NCBI GenBank assembly: GCA_964247055.1
Contig: OZ176050.1
Coordinates: 4,154,001-4,218,000, forward strand
DNA: 64,000 nucleotides
From: Paragordius varius
Taxonomy: Eukaryota > Animalia > Nematomorpha
Reading direction: 5' to 3'
Shown in pieces: positions 26,801 through 38,400 of this stretch. Under the pieces are notes generated by a model. It made no database searches. It saw nothing but the letters and a program-made list of their open reading frames with translations, and was not told the origin of the DNA. Made by a program: the position numbers and the translations under genes. The number at the start of each line of letters is the position of its first letter. The stretch's first letter is position 1.

Positions 26801-29502
26801 AATCATGTAGGATACTAAATATATTCCTATAAAAAATTATTTTTCAACTTAACACCGGATGGTTTATATTGTTGGTATTGAGCTATTAATTTGGATAATT
26901 CTCTAACATATTTGGGATTAGTTGTGCATATCTTAAATTTTGCAAATTGATTTTTTTCGATATCAACCATATCATTCAGTGCGTCCATAAAAAATGTCCA
27001 ATTCAGCTATACATACATAAATGCATATTTTAATATGCTAGAGTTTTTTTTATAGGGATACAATACAATAAATGTTTTCTTACGAATGATACATCCGATT
27101 TATTAATTTCATATTGACACACAATACGTTGTTTGGAATTCGTAATATTAGCACCATCATTCTCATTATTTTCTTCTGTAAGGTATGTTTGTAGTCCTGG
27201 CATTATCTATTGAATATGTTATGGCATATATTAATTAGCCAGTTACATATTATATATAAAAATAAAAATCTTAGAGTTGTGTTAATTACTTTAGCCAATT
27301 TTAATTCCAGTTCAAATAAGTTTGAAAGATTATTTATGTCAACATTAACATAATCAGAACCATATATGGTTCGAATGAGAACCATTGCATTCGCCATGAA
27401 GACACGGAACGGGTCATACTCATTGATTGTAACATTCTTATAGGACAGAGTTGGCGGTAAAATAGTTTCAGTCGGGAATATTTCCGGAATTTCCTCATCT
27501 TCCAAAATAAATCTTGGTAGTATTGAATCATCTTTGAAATTAATTTTTAATTAAAAGTTTTAAAGCAATTTTATACATTGTATTAATCGGAAATTATTGA
27601 AGTACAAAAGATTTTTTATTCGTATTTAAGGCCATTTCAGAACCTGTTCTTTGAAACAACTTGTATAATAGCGTTTTTTAACAAATTTTAAAACAAAATA
27701 TTAAGAGTTTGTTACACACAATTGTAGTTAACTTACTTTTAGGAACATAATGCGACGGGTTTCCCAACATCAGAGAACCGGGCCTGATGTTAATTATCAA
27801 TTCCTTGTTAGCGTCACCAGAAAAGTCTAGAAAACTATCATGGATGAATTGGGAAGTTGCTAAACTATCTATTTCCTTGTTATTTTTTCCAATAGTTATT
27901 TGAACGAAAATTGGTAGATTGTAATGAAGTAAGGCTGTAATCAAAAGTTTAGATAATTTGTTTCCATTTACAAACGCATTAGTAGCATTAGATTTTAGAA
28001 AAGAAAATCCACCCATTCTGTTAATAAAATTAACAAGATTGGGAATGGAATTTGAAGTTGTGCTTTGCGAATCATTGGTTGTGTTTTGGAAAACCATCTT
28101 AGTGATGCCATTATTATTAGGCAAAGATGTTTTATGAGACAAATTAGTTGCAGCAATGCATGATTTGTGATAGTTGTATACTTTATCAAAAATGTCCATG
28201 CCTTGTGGGTGACGTTGCTCTGTAATTAAGAGATTAAAACTAACAAACTTCTATGAATTATATAATTTGTAAGAATGTAATCAAAGTGTTGGCCATTTTG
28301 TTTATAAATTATTAGTTTTTAATTCAAAATGACTATAATTATATAATATCGAAAATGAAACTTAATTGAAAGAAATAAATATTGGTACTGATAAAAATTA
28401 TGGCAAAAATATTGAGGTATGTGCAGGGTTAACTTATTGGTCACATAATTTATAATATATAATTCAAAAAAACGGATTAACATTACAAAAGGTTCATCAA
28501 AATATTTGATCATGATTCCGATTATGTTAAATGTATAAAATAAGTGTAAAAAGATTGTTTTGGATATTTATTATCTACGTGGAATCAGTTAGAAATTAAT
28601 TTTTAATGATGAGAGGTGGGTAAAATTTTGGGGACCTATTTCTAGCTTATATGTGACCTAATCTCTGGATATAGGGAATAAGCGGTTTTCAGATTTCAAA
28701 AAATGGGCTCAAACGCCCTGAGATATTAATGAAAAACCAAAATGCGCCAAACTAATTACGATAACAACTTTTAAATTAAGGGTAAACGCTTATTTATTAC
28801 ATGTATTTGCATAATGTTTGGATATAAACTGGTGTCCCGAATATAACTCCGATTCCATTTAATTTATAAAATATTTTTGGGATGGAAAAGTTAACAAGTT
28901 TGATCGAAGTATAATTATAAACTTGGGTAAAATTTTGCAAAAGGTTTTGTCTTAAATAGGAAATTTCTGATATAATAAAAATGTTTAATCTTAAACGACT
29001 TTAAAAATTTATGTTACTTTGAATATGACCATGTTTTATAAATTCATATTATAGCAATATATGATATAAAATTAATATTATAGCAAGATTTTGATAATAT
29101 ATAGCAAAACACTAATCAGTTATTTTAAGCCCTTTAGTTTTCTGCATTTATATCCGTTATATGGAGTTCGATTTACTTAAGTGTTATTAAGGATTTTTTA
29201 TTTAATCTAGAGTTTACCAAAAAGTACAAGCTGTATCCCAATTATTTTACATATTATATAGTTTAGTAAAGGATTACCTTGAAAGAAATTTTTAACGATA
29301 GCTGTAACTTTGTTTTCTACACGAGATTTTTGACTCCATAAAATTGTTGTGTTACTATTTGAAGCTGACATTTGTTCCTTTAAAAGTAAACCGTGACAAA
29401 CGAATTCATAAAAATCGTAACAAGGATCAACAATGGCTTCCTTCATGGAATCAATTAATTCTATGTTACATTCGCTCAGGGTACATTCATATTGGTTTAT
29501 GT
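20807..29502 (-). CDS. M13 family zinc metallopeptidase (neprilysin/endothelin-converting-enzyme-like), multi-exon; 5'-most exon(s) unresolved (possibly ~29800-30000)
   Basis: Hand-spliced exons give VDPCYDFYEFVC (~29400), INALYY (23917-23978), GGIGKTMGHEYSH (HExxH, ~23400-23467), EEDLSD (third Zn ligand, 22978-23049), LTDEQILFASYA, SHSTNKIR, and C-terminal FSCPIGSPMNPLQRC*. Confidence 0.92.
20925..21437. mobile_element. MITE family C copy with ~180-bp internal insertion, in the last intron of the M13 gene
   Basis: TIR TATACCATTTACA.TTCAAATTCACCC...GGGTGTATTTGAATTGTAAATGGTATA in TA context. Confidence 0.8.
23050..23076 (-). other. 27-nt GT-AG intron in the M13 gene
   Basis: GTTTCTGCTAATTTATGCTAAATTTAG carries an in-frame TAA. 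Removal gives C-x25-E-x3-D, the same spacing as in human neprilysin (C...ENIAD). Confidence 0.85.
23886..23916 (-). other. 31-nt GT-AG intron in the M13 gene
   Basis: Removal joins INALYYSYPTDKI to EIYPAMFQYPY (cf. VNAFY...IVFPAGILQPPF). The unspliced frame hits TAA. Confidence 0.85.
24477..24756. mobile_element. TA-flanked (Tc1/mariner-like) MITE in an M13 intron
   Basis: Imperfect ~45-bp TIRs (CAGTCACGAGCGATTTAATGACCATT...TTTAAATGGCTAAAA vs rc of TTTTAGCCATTTAAAAT...GGCCATTAATAGCTCTTTTCATTG), TA on both sides. Confidence 0.65.
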
Positions 29503-30820
29503 CTAAATAATGATGTATTTATTAACTAATAATTGATATCTTTTGTTATCCAAAATGGCTATTGAAAATTGTATTATTTAATAAAAAATAGTATATCGTG
29601 TAAATGAAATTTTTGAAACCAGACCAGTTTTTTGATTGACCTAAGATGGATCATGCTTATAATTAACTAAGAGGATCCGTTTACTTGTCCCTTGTAAGAA
29701 GATAAAACGCTTTAGATATGAGTTTTTTGTGGTAAATATATTATCATATATTGATGATCACCAAATCATAGGTTACCAACTTTAAATTGTAGACTTCACA
29801 TTAATATCTTAAAATTACATTATCTTTGATAAATTTATTTTGATGATGACTTCTGCCCTGTGGGGCGTCGTTTTGACGTAGTCGAAACAATGTGAGAGAA
29901 TCGGTATAATATCTTATATTAAATTTTTACCATATGAATTAATTGTCCAAATGATCTAAATATCCATACCCATCCTACTACATGGCTCTTCATCTTTGTA
30001 TTAATTTTGTGCCGTTATACTAATTTTCTAGCAAAGTTAATTTTGTATACAAAACAGTCGGACAAAATTTAACGATATTTTATCGGACATTTTTTTTTAC
30101 AAATTAGGCGTATTTTTACGGAGTGATGCGACGCCATCAATAACTAATATAAATGGTTTAACCATGTTGAGGCATTTATCAAGAATAATGGCCTTATTTG
30201 AATTATATGGATCTAAGCCTGTTTGGAACCGCTTGAACATAATTTTAGAATATTGTCAATTTATTTTGCTAAAAAGGTTGGAATTAAACAGTTTTTAATT
30301 TAAGAGTAATCGACTATAATCGTTGTTTAGGAAGTTTAAATGTCTATAGTAGAAGATTAAGGGTCTTAAATTTACCGGAAATCTCTCTAAAGCCATGATT
30401 TTTAAGGGAAGTCGTTATTTACATGGGTGGGTGGAGGGGGTCAGACTCAGGGCCTAATTTACCTTTTATAAGTAAATACTTGGGATTCAGATTGAATTAA
30501 TATGGCTCCTTACGTTATTTTGAAAACATGCTTTGAAGATATATCTTGGGGTACTTAATTTTTTTGACTGGTTGTGGGAAAAGGGCCCAGTTTGACCAAG
30601 ATTGGCGCATCCGTAATGCATGAAAATATTAATCTATGAATCAAAATAAGTCTACTACCATTTTTCCAAAAAAATGCTAAAACACAAGGGGACAAGGAGT
30701 GGGACTGAACACAAAGCCTACTCTATAAACGAATTTGAGCATCAAAATAATAAATGGTTATAAAATACTTATTATTGATAAATGGGCTTTTTGCAATTTA
30801 TATATAGATTTAAATTAATT

Positions 30821-30866
<46 letters not shown>

Positions 30867-32554
30867 TATCAAATAATATCATACCATTAATTGAGCCTGA
30901 TCCAGATAAGGGTTGCTCGTTTCCATTCTTCTATTGTAAAAAAATGACTAAAACAATTAAAAAATATGAAAAAATAAAATTTTTACACCATATTTAACAC
31001 TTAATTTGTTTGAAAGTATTTTGGCATTTGCTTAAGTCTAAATATTAAATTTTATATTAATCCAATTAATATTTTATTCATATTATGTAGATCTTTTTGC
31101 AAAAATTAGCGATAAAAAATATTTATGAAAGCAAAAAAATTAAAATAAGTTTTGGGACAAAATCTGCTACATCGATAAAAATTCATATTAAGTTATATAT
31201 TTTTTTCAAATGATTCTTCCTAAAGATCTTGTTAATTTTTTATTATTTTTGGCTGTTAGTCGTATTGTGAAATTTAACATATTTCAGCCTTTAATATAAT
31301 TCATTCAGTTTATTGTTCAATTTATTTTAAACTTTCAAATGGAATATCAATAAAAGGTGAAAATTTAGTAAGATATGTTTAAAAAATTTTAATGAAGTGA
31401 CATGATACCATTTAATATATTAATTTTGCTATGATAGAAGGACCTGTTTTCCAAATTACTACAATTTTTAATAAAGTATTTGATGCGACTCCCTTCTCTC
31501 TAATCACTCTTCTCTTATAATACTGTATCTGAATACAAATCATTTGACTTTAAATTAGCAAAGATGAAATTAAATAGATTTTGTGAATATCCAAAAAATC
31601 AACATTTAAGCCTAATTTATAATAAAAAATCCCGCCGCTTTGAAGTTGTATAAATTTAGATAAGGAGACAATATATCAATCGTTTATTTTCGAATTCTTA
31701 ACTCATCTAAAGCTGGTACCCCATACGAAGTTTATCGTTCGCTTGCAATTGAAAGTAAATTAAATCCAAAATTTAACAAAAAAATTATTTATAATTCCTA
31801 GGATACAGTTTAAGATTCATAGTTTTAGTTATTGTATCAAAAAATGGAGATTTTTCAAATGTCAAAGTATCTATACCCTTGTCATAAAATGCAAAAAATT
31901 TTTGGGAAAGGGACATTTTACACCTGTCATATTTATATATTTGGGTAATATATTTTTACTCGTTCATTCTTTTTTTAATATAAGCTTTGAGATGATTATA
32001 TAATATATTATAATGTTATTCTAATATCTAATCTATTATTTAGATGTTATTTAGGGGGCGACATTATAATATTTACAATATAATTATTCAAATTTAGATT
32101 GGTAAATGGTATAATCTTTTAAAGTTGTTTATTAATTTGTTGTACTTTAAAATATTTTCTTTAGAATGTGCTCACACATTGAGCATCATCAAAACAAAAT
32201 GTTAAATCATATTTTTTATATTGTGTGGTTAAATAAATAAATAAACATTTTAATAACAAAGGTCATTAAAATATATTAATATCATGTAATTTGTGTTAAT
32301 CTTGTTGGATAAGGAGCAGCCCCCATGACAGAACTATATTTTAACGGTACTAAAACACTCGGTGTCATTTATTTAATAAACCAAAGAATGAAAACGATAT
32401 GTTTAGGTAGGTGGGGATTTAACCAGGAAAAAATATAAACCGATTTGACGCTTAAAAATGGACAAATCCCTGTAAAATTAGAAAGAAAAAAAATAATTTA
32501 ATCAAATAATTATAATTGTAACCAAATCAACTTATAGAAATTTAAACTTTATTC

Positions 32555-34332
32555 CAGTGGCGTACCGAGCATTTGCGGCGCCAGGGGCATAAAACTTTTG
32601 TGGCGTGCCCCCCCCCCCGCTTTTTTTAAAAAAAGCCAATAAAACAATTTAGAAAAAAAATACAAACGTTGTAACTTAAACACCATAGAGACAGCACAGT
32701 CATATAAATTTTAAATCTATTAAATATATATAATTATATGATATTAAATTTATTCATTTTTAAATACATAAATATTCTAATAAATTCTATAATATGGAAA
32801 TTATATATATCAATAAAATTTTGTTGCATATATTGAATTGATCTTATGATAATGGCAACAATAATGATTTAAAAAATCATTTAGGCTAATGTGACCAGAT
32901 ATTTTGAACTTGGACGCAGTACAAAATTAAAACATACTTTGCCTGTTTTTACACCATCGGTGTGGCATTTTACACAGTTTCCACAAAAAAAATTGCAAAA
33001 GGTGCGCAATTTTTTCAAATATATTTTTTGGTGAAAGCTAAATGCTTTATTTCAAAAAATAGCACTAAAATATAACATAAACTACATATAAAAAAAATAT
33101 TTTTAAAATATTTTAAATTTTCAGATGTGGGCTCTGAAAGTTCCAAATATTTTGGTTCTTTTACAATAAACTGTTCTCTTAAAATAAACGCGAAAATTCC
33201 GACATTGTGCAATTTTAAATATATACTTAATTTTGATACCAATTATATATATTTTTTAAAAATGCAGACTTTTAAAAATTAATTTTTATATAAATTTTGT
33301 TCAAGCGTACTTCGTATTATTTTTAACATGATGAAAACATAAACGGTTAAGATGTTATGACATTTATATATAATTCGATAATATCTCAATCAAAATTTTG
33401 ATTAAATATTCGTTCGTTTTCTAATTTATGTTAAATAAAAATTGTGTTTTTTTACAAAAATTCACCAAAATTTGCAAAAAACCTTTAAATTAAAAATCTG
33501 AACCTATAGTAATGTTCAACATCATCGAATTATTTAGAAAAAGGGAATTATTATATCTTAAAGCGTTACATCGTTTCCATCATGCTTCAAAATAATAGGA
33601 AGTTAGCTTCAACAAAATATCTCAAATTTGTTTATACAAAAAATAAGGAAACTAATAAAAATTAAAGTTTAGGTATAAAAATTAAGTAATATCATACCTC
33701 ACATTTAATATGTATAGAAAACGTAAAAACTCCTAATTTTTTAATACGTAAAAATAGTTATTTCGAAATCATAGGCCATATATAATAAATTGTATATAAT
33801 ATGTTACGGGAATAACAATTTTCTATATAATTTTCCGTTTGTTAATTATAAGAAGAAAAGAACTTTCTAAACTTGATCAAACATTTATTAAAGTATCATA
33901 AATAGCCTGAATCTTACGTTTTGAAGTCCGAGATTTATAGTTTCGCCACTGCGAAAGCACAATCTTAAGTTTTATGTATGACACGAGCAGAAAATAAATT
34001 ATTAACCAATTAAAAATAGGCCAATCTTAGTTTTTTACCGAATGAACCATTTCTTTTCAAATTATGGGGTTATTTTAACAGAGGGTACTATTATTAAGTT
34101 CTATAATTTTTTTAATAAATAAAAGGTAATTAATATATATTTATAAAAAAATTAAATTTTTTTAATTTCAAAAAGCAGTACAAAAGTGAGTGCAGTACAG
34201 GCGGAGTTTTTTTCTGAAAATCCAGTACTCTACTGCGAAAAACAGCCTATCTGGTCACATTAATTTAGGCGCCCCTAAAGAACGGCGCCCGGGGCATGAT
34301 GCACCCCCTTGCCCCCCTTCGGTACGCCCCTG
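32555..34332. mobile_element. Non-autonomous hAT transposon (~1.78 kb)
   Basis: TIR CAGTGGCGTACC...GGTACGCCCCTG, perfect 8-bp TSD CTTTATTC (32547-54 and 34333-40), GC-rich subterminal regions, no transposase ORF. Confidence 0.92.
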
Positions 34333-34786
34333 CTTTATTCCAATATTGTGCCTTTGTTTTAAATTCCGTGCTAAACATTTAGAAATTTTTGATTATTTAG
34401 CGGTTGTTAAAAGATTAAATCCAAACCTGCAAATACACAATATGCGTATATATCTAATAATCCAACTAATTTGGAAAGTACACTTAATAGCTAACATTTT
34501 CCGTCGACAAATATCTGTTGATCATAAGCAATTAAGTATATAACGGATAATAATCATATATTTGTTTATAAAATAAAATATTACTAAAAGGTTGAGTAAT
34601 GAATCACCCGAAGAATAATTAAAAGAATTCATTAAATAAAGGTGATAACAAATCAACAAAAGTATATGAAACATTTTATATAAAAATTTATTATGCATGT
34701 AAGTTTAATATAAATAATTTTAGTATAAGTAAAATTATTGCAATAGTTTACATTTTTGTACTATAAACAAACGTTGAATAATGTGA

Positions 34787-35296
34787 TTATCTGGCTTTAT
34801 TTTTGGCGAATTGAGAAAACCCTTGGTTTAGTAATTCTTTAGTTAAACCTCCACTTTTAATATAGATACAAGTGACTCCGTAAGGTTGAAGATCTTTGAT
34901 ATTTCGATACTCATCATCAAAAAAGAGCATGTCTTGGTAAGCGATCCCACTATCTTTATGAAATTTTTGAAAATGTTTAATCTTTGAAGAGGGATATATT
35001 TCTTTGTAGGTAAAATATTTGTTCCAGCCGTAAAAATTAAGTAATTGTTCAGAATATTCTGGCATTGTAGTACGTGAAGCTGCTCCTAAAACGTAACCTT
35101 GATCAAGGAGGTCATCTAAAATTTTAATAACCCCTGGATATGGCTTTAATTCAAGCCCAGTGGCGTCATAAACTTTTCCGTTACGCTTAGAAAAGGGTCC
35201 TTCCACCGTCCAATCGACATGAAATGGCCATAAAGTATCATCCAAATCAAATATTATAAGCTTAGGTTTCGGATCCGTTTTGTCGTCAACGCACAT
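34787..35296 (-). CDS. MDP1: Magnesium-dependent phosphatase 1 (HAD family), single exon
   Basis: LIIFDLDDTLWPFHVD (HAD motif I), AASRT, KIKHF, MLFFDDEYRN; 169 aa. Confidence 0.93.
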   Translation of the reverse strand: MCVDDKTDPKPKLIIFDLDDTLWPFHVDWTVEGPFSKRNGKVYDATGLELKPYPGVIKILDDLLDQGYVLGAASRTTMPEYSEQLLNFYGWNKYFTYKEIYPSSKIKHFQKFHKDSGIAYQDMLFFDDEYRNIKDLQPYGVTCIYIKSGGLTKELLNQGFSQFAKNKAR

Positions 35297-35419
35297 TTCG
35301 GTTACGTCAAATCATCAAACTTTAGCATTTAAAAATGCCAAATATGTAACGCTTTTGTGTTTAACCAAAATAGTATTAGCAAATCATTATCCATATTTTG
35401 GGTTTAAAAATTTATAAAT

Positions 35420-38400
35420 ATGAACGAAGATGATCGAAATTGCTGGGTATGCCTAGCAACAGAAAATGAAGACAATTATTACCGTGTTGGATCAAAATTT
35501 TACAGACACTCTTGGGTCTGTCCCTGCAAATGCAGAGGGACTACCAAATGGGTTCACCAAGCATGTTTGTTAAGATGGATTGATGAGAAACAAAAGGGAA
35601 ATAGATCGTTACCAGTTTCATGTCCTCAATGTCAATATGAATACAAATTTATTTTGCCCTTTGCGGGTAAGTTGCAAAAATGACATTTTCATATAAAACA
35701 TCTAATTTATTTATTATGTAATCGATTAACACTATCTATTTGTTAATGTTGATAAGCAACAGAAAGTTAAAAAGTCAATATTCTATATATATTTTTTTTA
35801 AAAATTTTTTTATATACATTTTGGAAAAATATATTTTTTACAATAATATTGCTATCATACCCTCATTTAAATAGTATTTTACCGGCAAATATATTTGATA
35901 TCACATAACTATCATATATTTCCCTATTAGCCCTAACCAGGCATGGACAAGATTTCATAAGTCCACTAATAATATTTAATTATTTTTTATATAAAACGAA
36001 TTCAAAAAAAAAAGATTTTTAAGAAACCGAAATATTTTACAATATTAATATAGGTCCCTTAGTGACTGTACTTGAAAGATTGGATTACAGTATACAACGG
36101 TCTTGTCCATTTATTGCAGGCGGTATCATTATAAGTTCCCTGTATTGGTCAGCTTTTACATACGGTGCCATATCTCTCATGCAAGTTTTTTTTATTCTTT
36201 ATATTTTTAGGTGATGGGTATGAATGAAGGATTTTACGTTTTTGAACAATCAGATCCGATTCTCCTGTTAATTTGTTTGCCTATGATCCCTATCGTGCTT
36301 ATAGTTGGTAATAATATAAGGATTTTTTACCTTTAGTCAGGTTCAGTTGTAAAAAATATCTTTAAAATATAAGGTTTTTTAAAAAAAACTGCAATTTTAC
36401 AAAAAGATAAATTATTTCGCAGACAAATTTTTTTAAATTAAATTGTATGTGACTAAGGAATAAATATTTTAACCTGTAATTATTTTTATAATAAATGTTT
36501 TGTCCCATAGTTTTGGGATTTAATGGCTTATTTTGTAAAATTTTTACATTTTTATTTGCACGAGGCTTTCTTTTTTTAATTGGTGGGGTAAAGAATTATA
36601 AAGAAAGTATGTTTTTGTTCATGATTTTACCTATAGGATATTTTATTAAACGTAAGTTTATATTAATATAAGTCATTTCTATATAGCTAAAACAATCCAA
36701 TGGGATGAATATGTTTTACAGTTATGGCGGACTTATTCACCCATTATAGAATCCATGTATGCAACATTTTTATCTACCGGTTCCCTAAATCATTATGGTA
36801 TATATTTAATTCTTACGGTTACAAAAATATCAATATATATTATTGAATGAAAAATCGTAATTATAATATTTCTTATTTTTATATTTTATTTATTTATTAA
36901 TTAATTAATTTTTTATTTATTATTTTTTAATTCGGCTAAAATGCTTTTTAGTTTTCTGCTATTAGCATATTTTTTTTAAAAAATAGCTAGAAAATAGATT
37001 TGATTTAATTGATATATTAGTATCGTAAAAAATATTAAAATTTTATAATTTTGCGTTTTTCCTAATATTTTAATTACATTTATTGTTTTACAAAAATTCA
37101 GTATACAAAACAAAAAGTTAACGTATGTGTTTTGCTATATATATTTTTTGTAGTTTAACACTTGGATACAACACATTCATTAGTCCTTCGATTCAAATTA
37201 AGGTAGTTAAATACCCCAGGCCTTTTTATAATTGACTTTTTTAAAAATATGGAGTGAATCGAAACCATGGCAAAATCTTACACTTATATAACATTAATAA
37301 ACCCAAATATATAAAAAATTTTATACAAAAACAGTTGATATTATTTATATTAAGCTAAAACCGAAAGGTAAAAATTTAGTCAATATGACATGCGTGCAAT
37401 GGTAAAATTGAAAGATAATTCAAAATAAACAGCTTTTTCTTTATCTATCGATGTTAGATGTAATTTAAATAAAAAATTAGCTTTAATTTTAACGTTAGAA
37501 TTAAATAAACACGATATTTTGCCAAATTTTTGTGAAATAAAAATGGCGGCCAAGTAGTTTGACATAGAACTTTTTTTTCAAAACAAAATTTTATTTAGAT
37601 ATTTTGGCATATTTATATAAATTTTATTAGGATAGAAGCATAAATTTATATTAACCGTTTCCTTCAGTAGTTTTTTAAAAATCCTAAATCAAATTTAGTC
37701 TGGGGTATTTAGATACTCCAATTTGAATCGTTAATAGATTTATTAATAAAATTTTTTCAATAAAAGTATTTGATGTAATGCAAATTGATTATAATTTTAA
37801 TACCAATTTTATTTGATTATTAGATAATAGCGGCATATTTGATTTTACGGTTTATAACCATATTGTTTTTTTTAAAAAAAAATTAAAGGTATATTTTCTC
37901 TTAATTATGAGGTTTATTTTCACTTTTTAATAATTATAGGAATATCACCTTTACCAAGCCCAGCCGAATCGAATTATACATCGACGACTTCAGAAAGTAA
38001 TAATTCCATATATCCATTTATTTTTGTAATATTTTTTTAATATTATAGATAACATATTTCACACCTCTACTTGTTATCTATTCAATTATATATTATCTAA
38101 CTATAAATGCATAATAGTACATAAATAGAAGGAATTTGATTTGGAACCAAAATGTAATTATCTTTTTTATTTATATTATATAAATAAAACTTAAATGCCT
38201 CAAAAACTTTTTGACCAAAAACCTATGGAATTGTAACCGCTTTTCGTGTCAAAAAAATGGAACTATTAATTTCAAAAATGGAACTGGAATGGTTTTCTGG
38301 TATTAAAAATTATGTGCAACCCTAACCAAAAAATATTTTTAAAATGGATGAAAAATGTTAGGACTCTAGATTCTGAGTTTTGCGTCACGAATAATTCCGC

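Noticed and set aside
26821-26850. Further micro-intron (~34 nt, GTTGAA donor) in the M13 gene
   Set aside because: An intron is needed here, but the donor choice is ambiguous, so it was not counted.
20807-29502. M13 gene as a pseudogene because of in-frame stops
   Set aside because: The stops fall within GT-AG micro-introns; all catalytic residues and the C-terminal Cys motif are intact.
30782-30997. 71-aa ORF with IYIYIY run
   Set aside because: Artefact of a (TA)n microsatellite.
32860-33242. hAT transposase remnant inside the 1.78-kb element
   Set aside because: I could not find a convincing dimerisation-domain motif (ERxFS) in any frame.
34190-34543. 117-aa ORF
   Set aside because: Spans the GC-rich hAT terminus and flanking DNA; no recognisable protein.
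34787-35296. Intronless MDP1 as a bacterial horizontal transfer
   Set aside because: The sequence is typical eukaryotic MDP1, and the short length explains the lack of introns.
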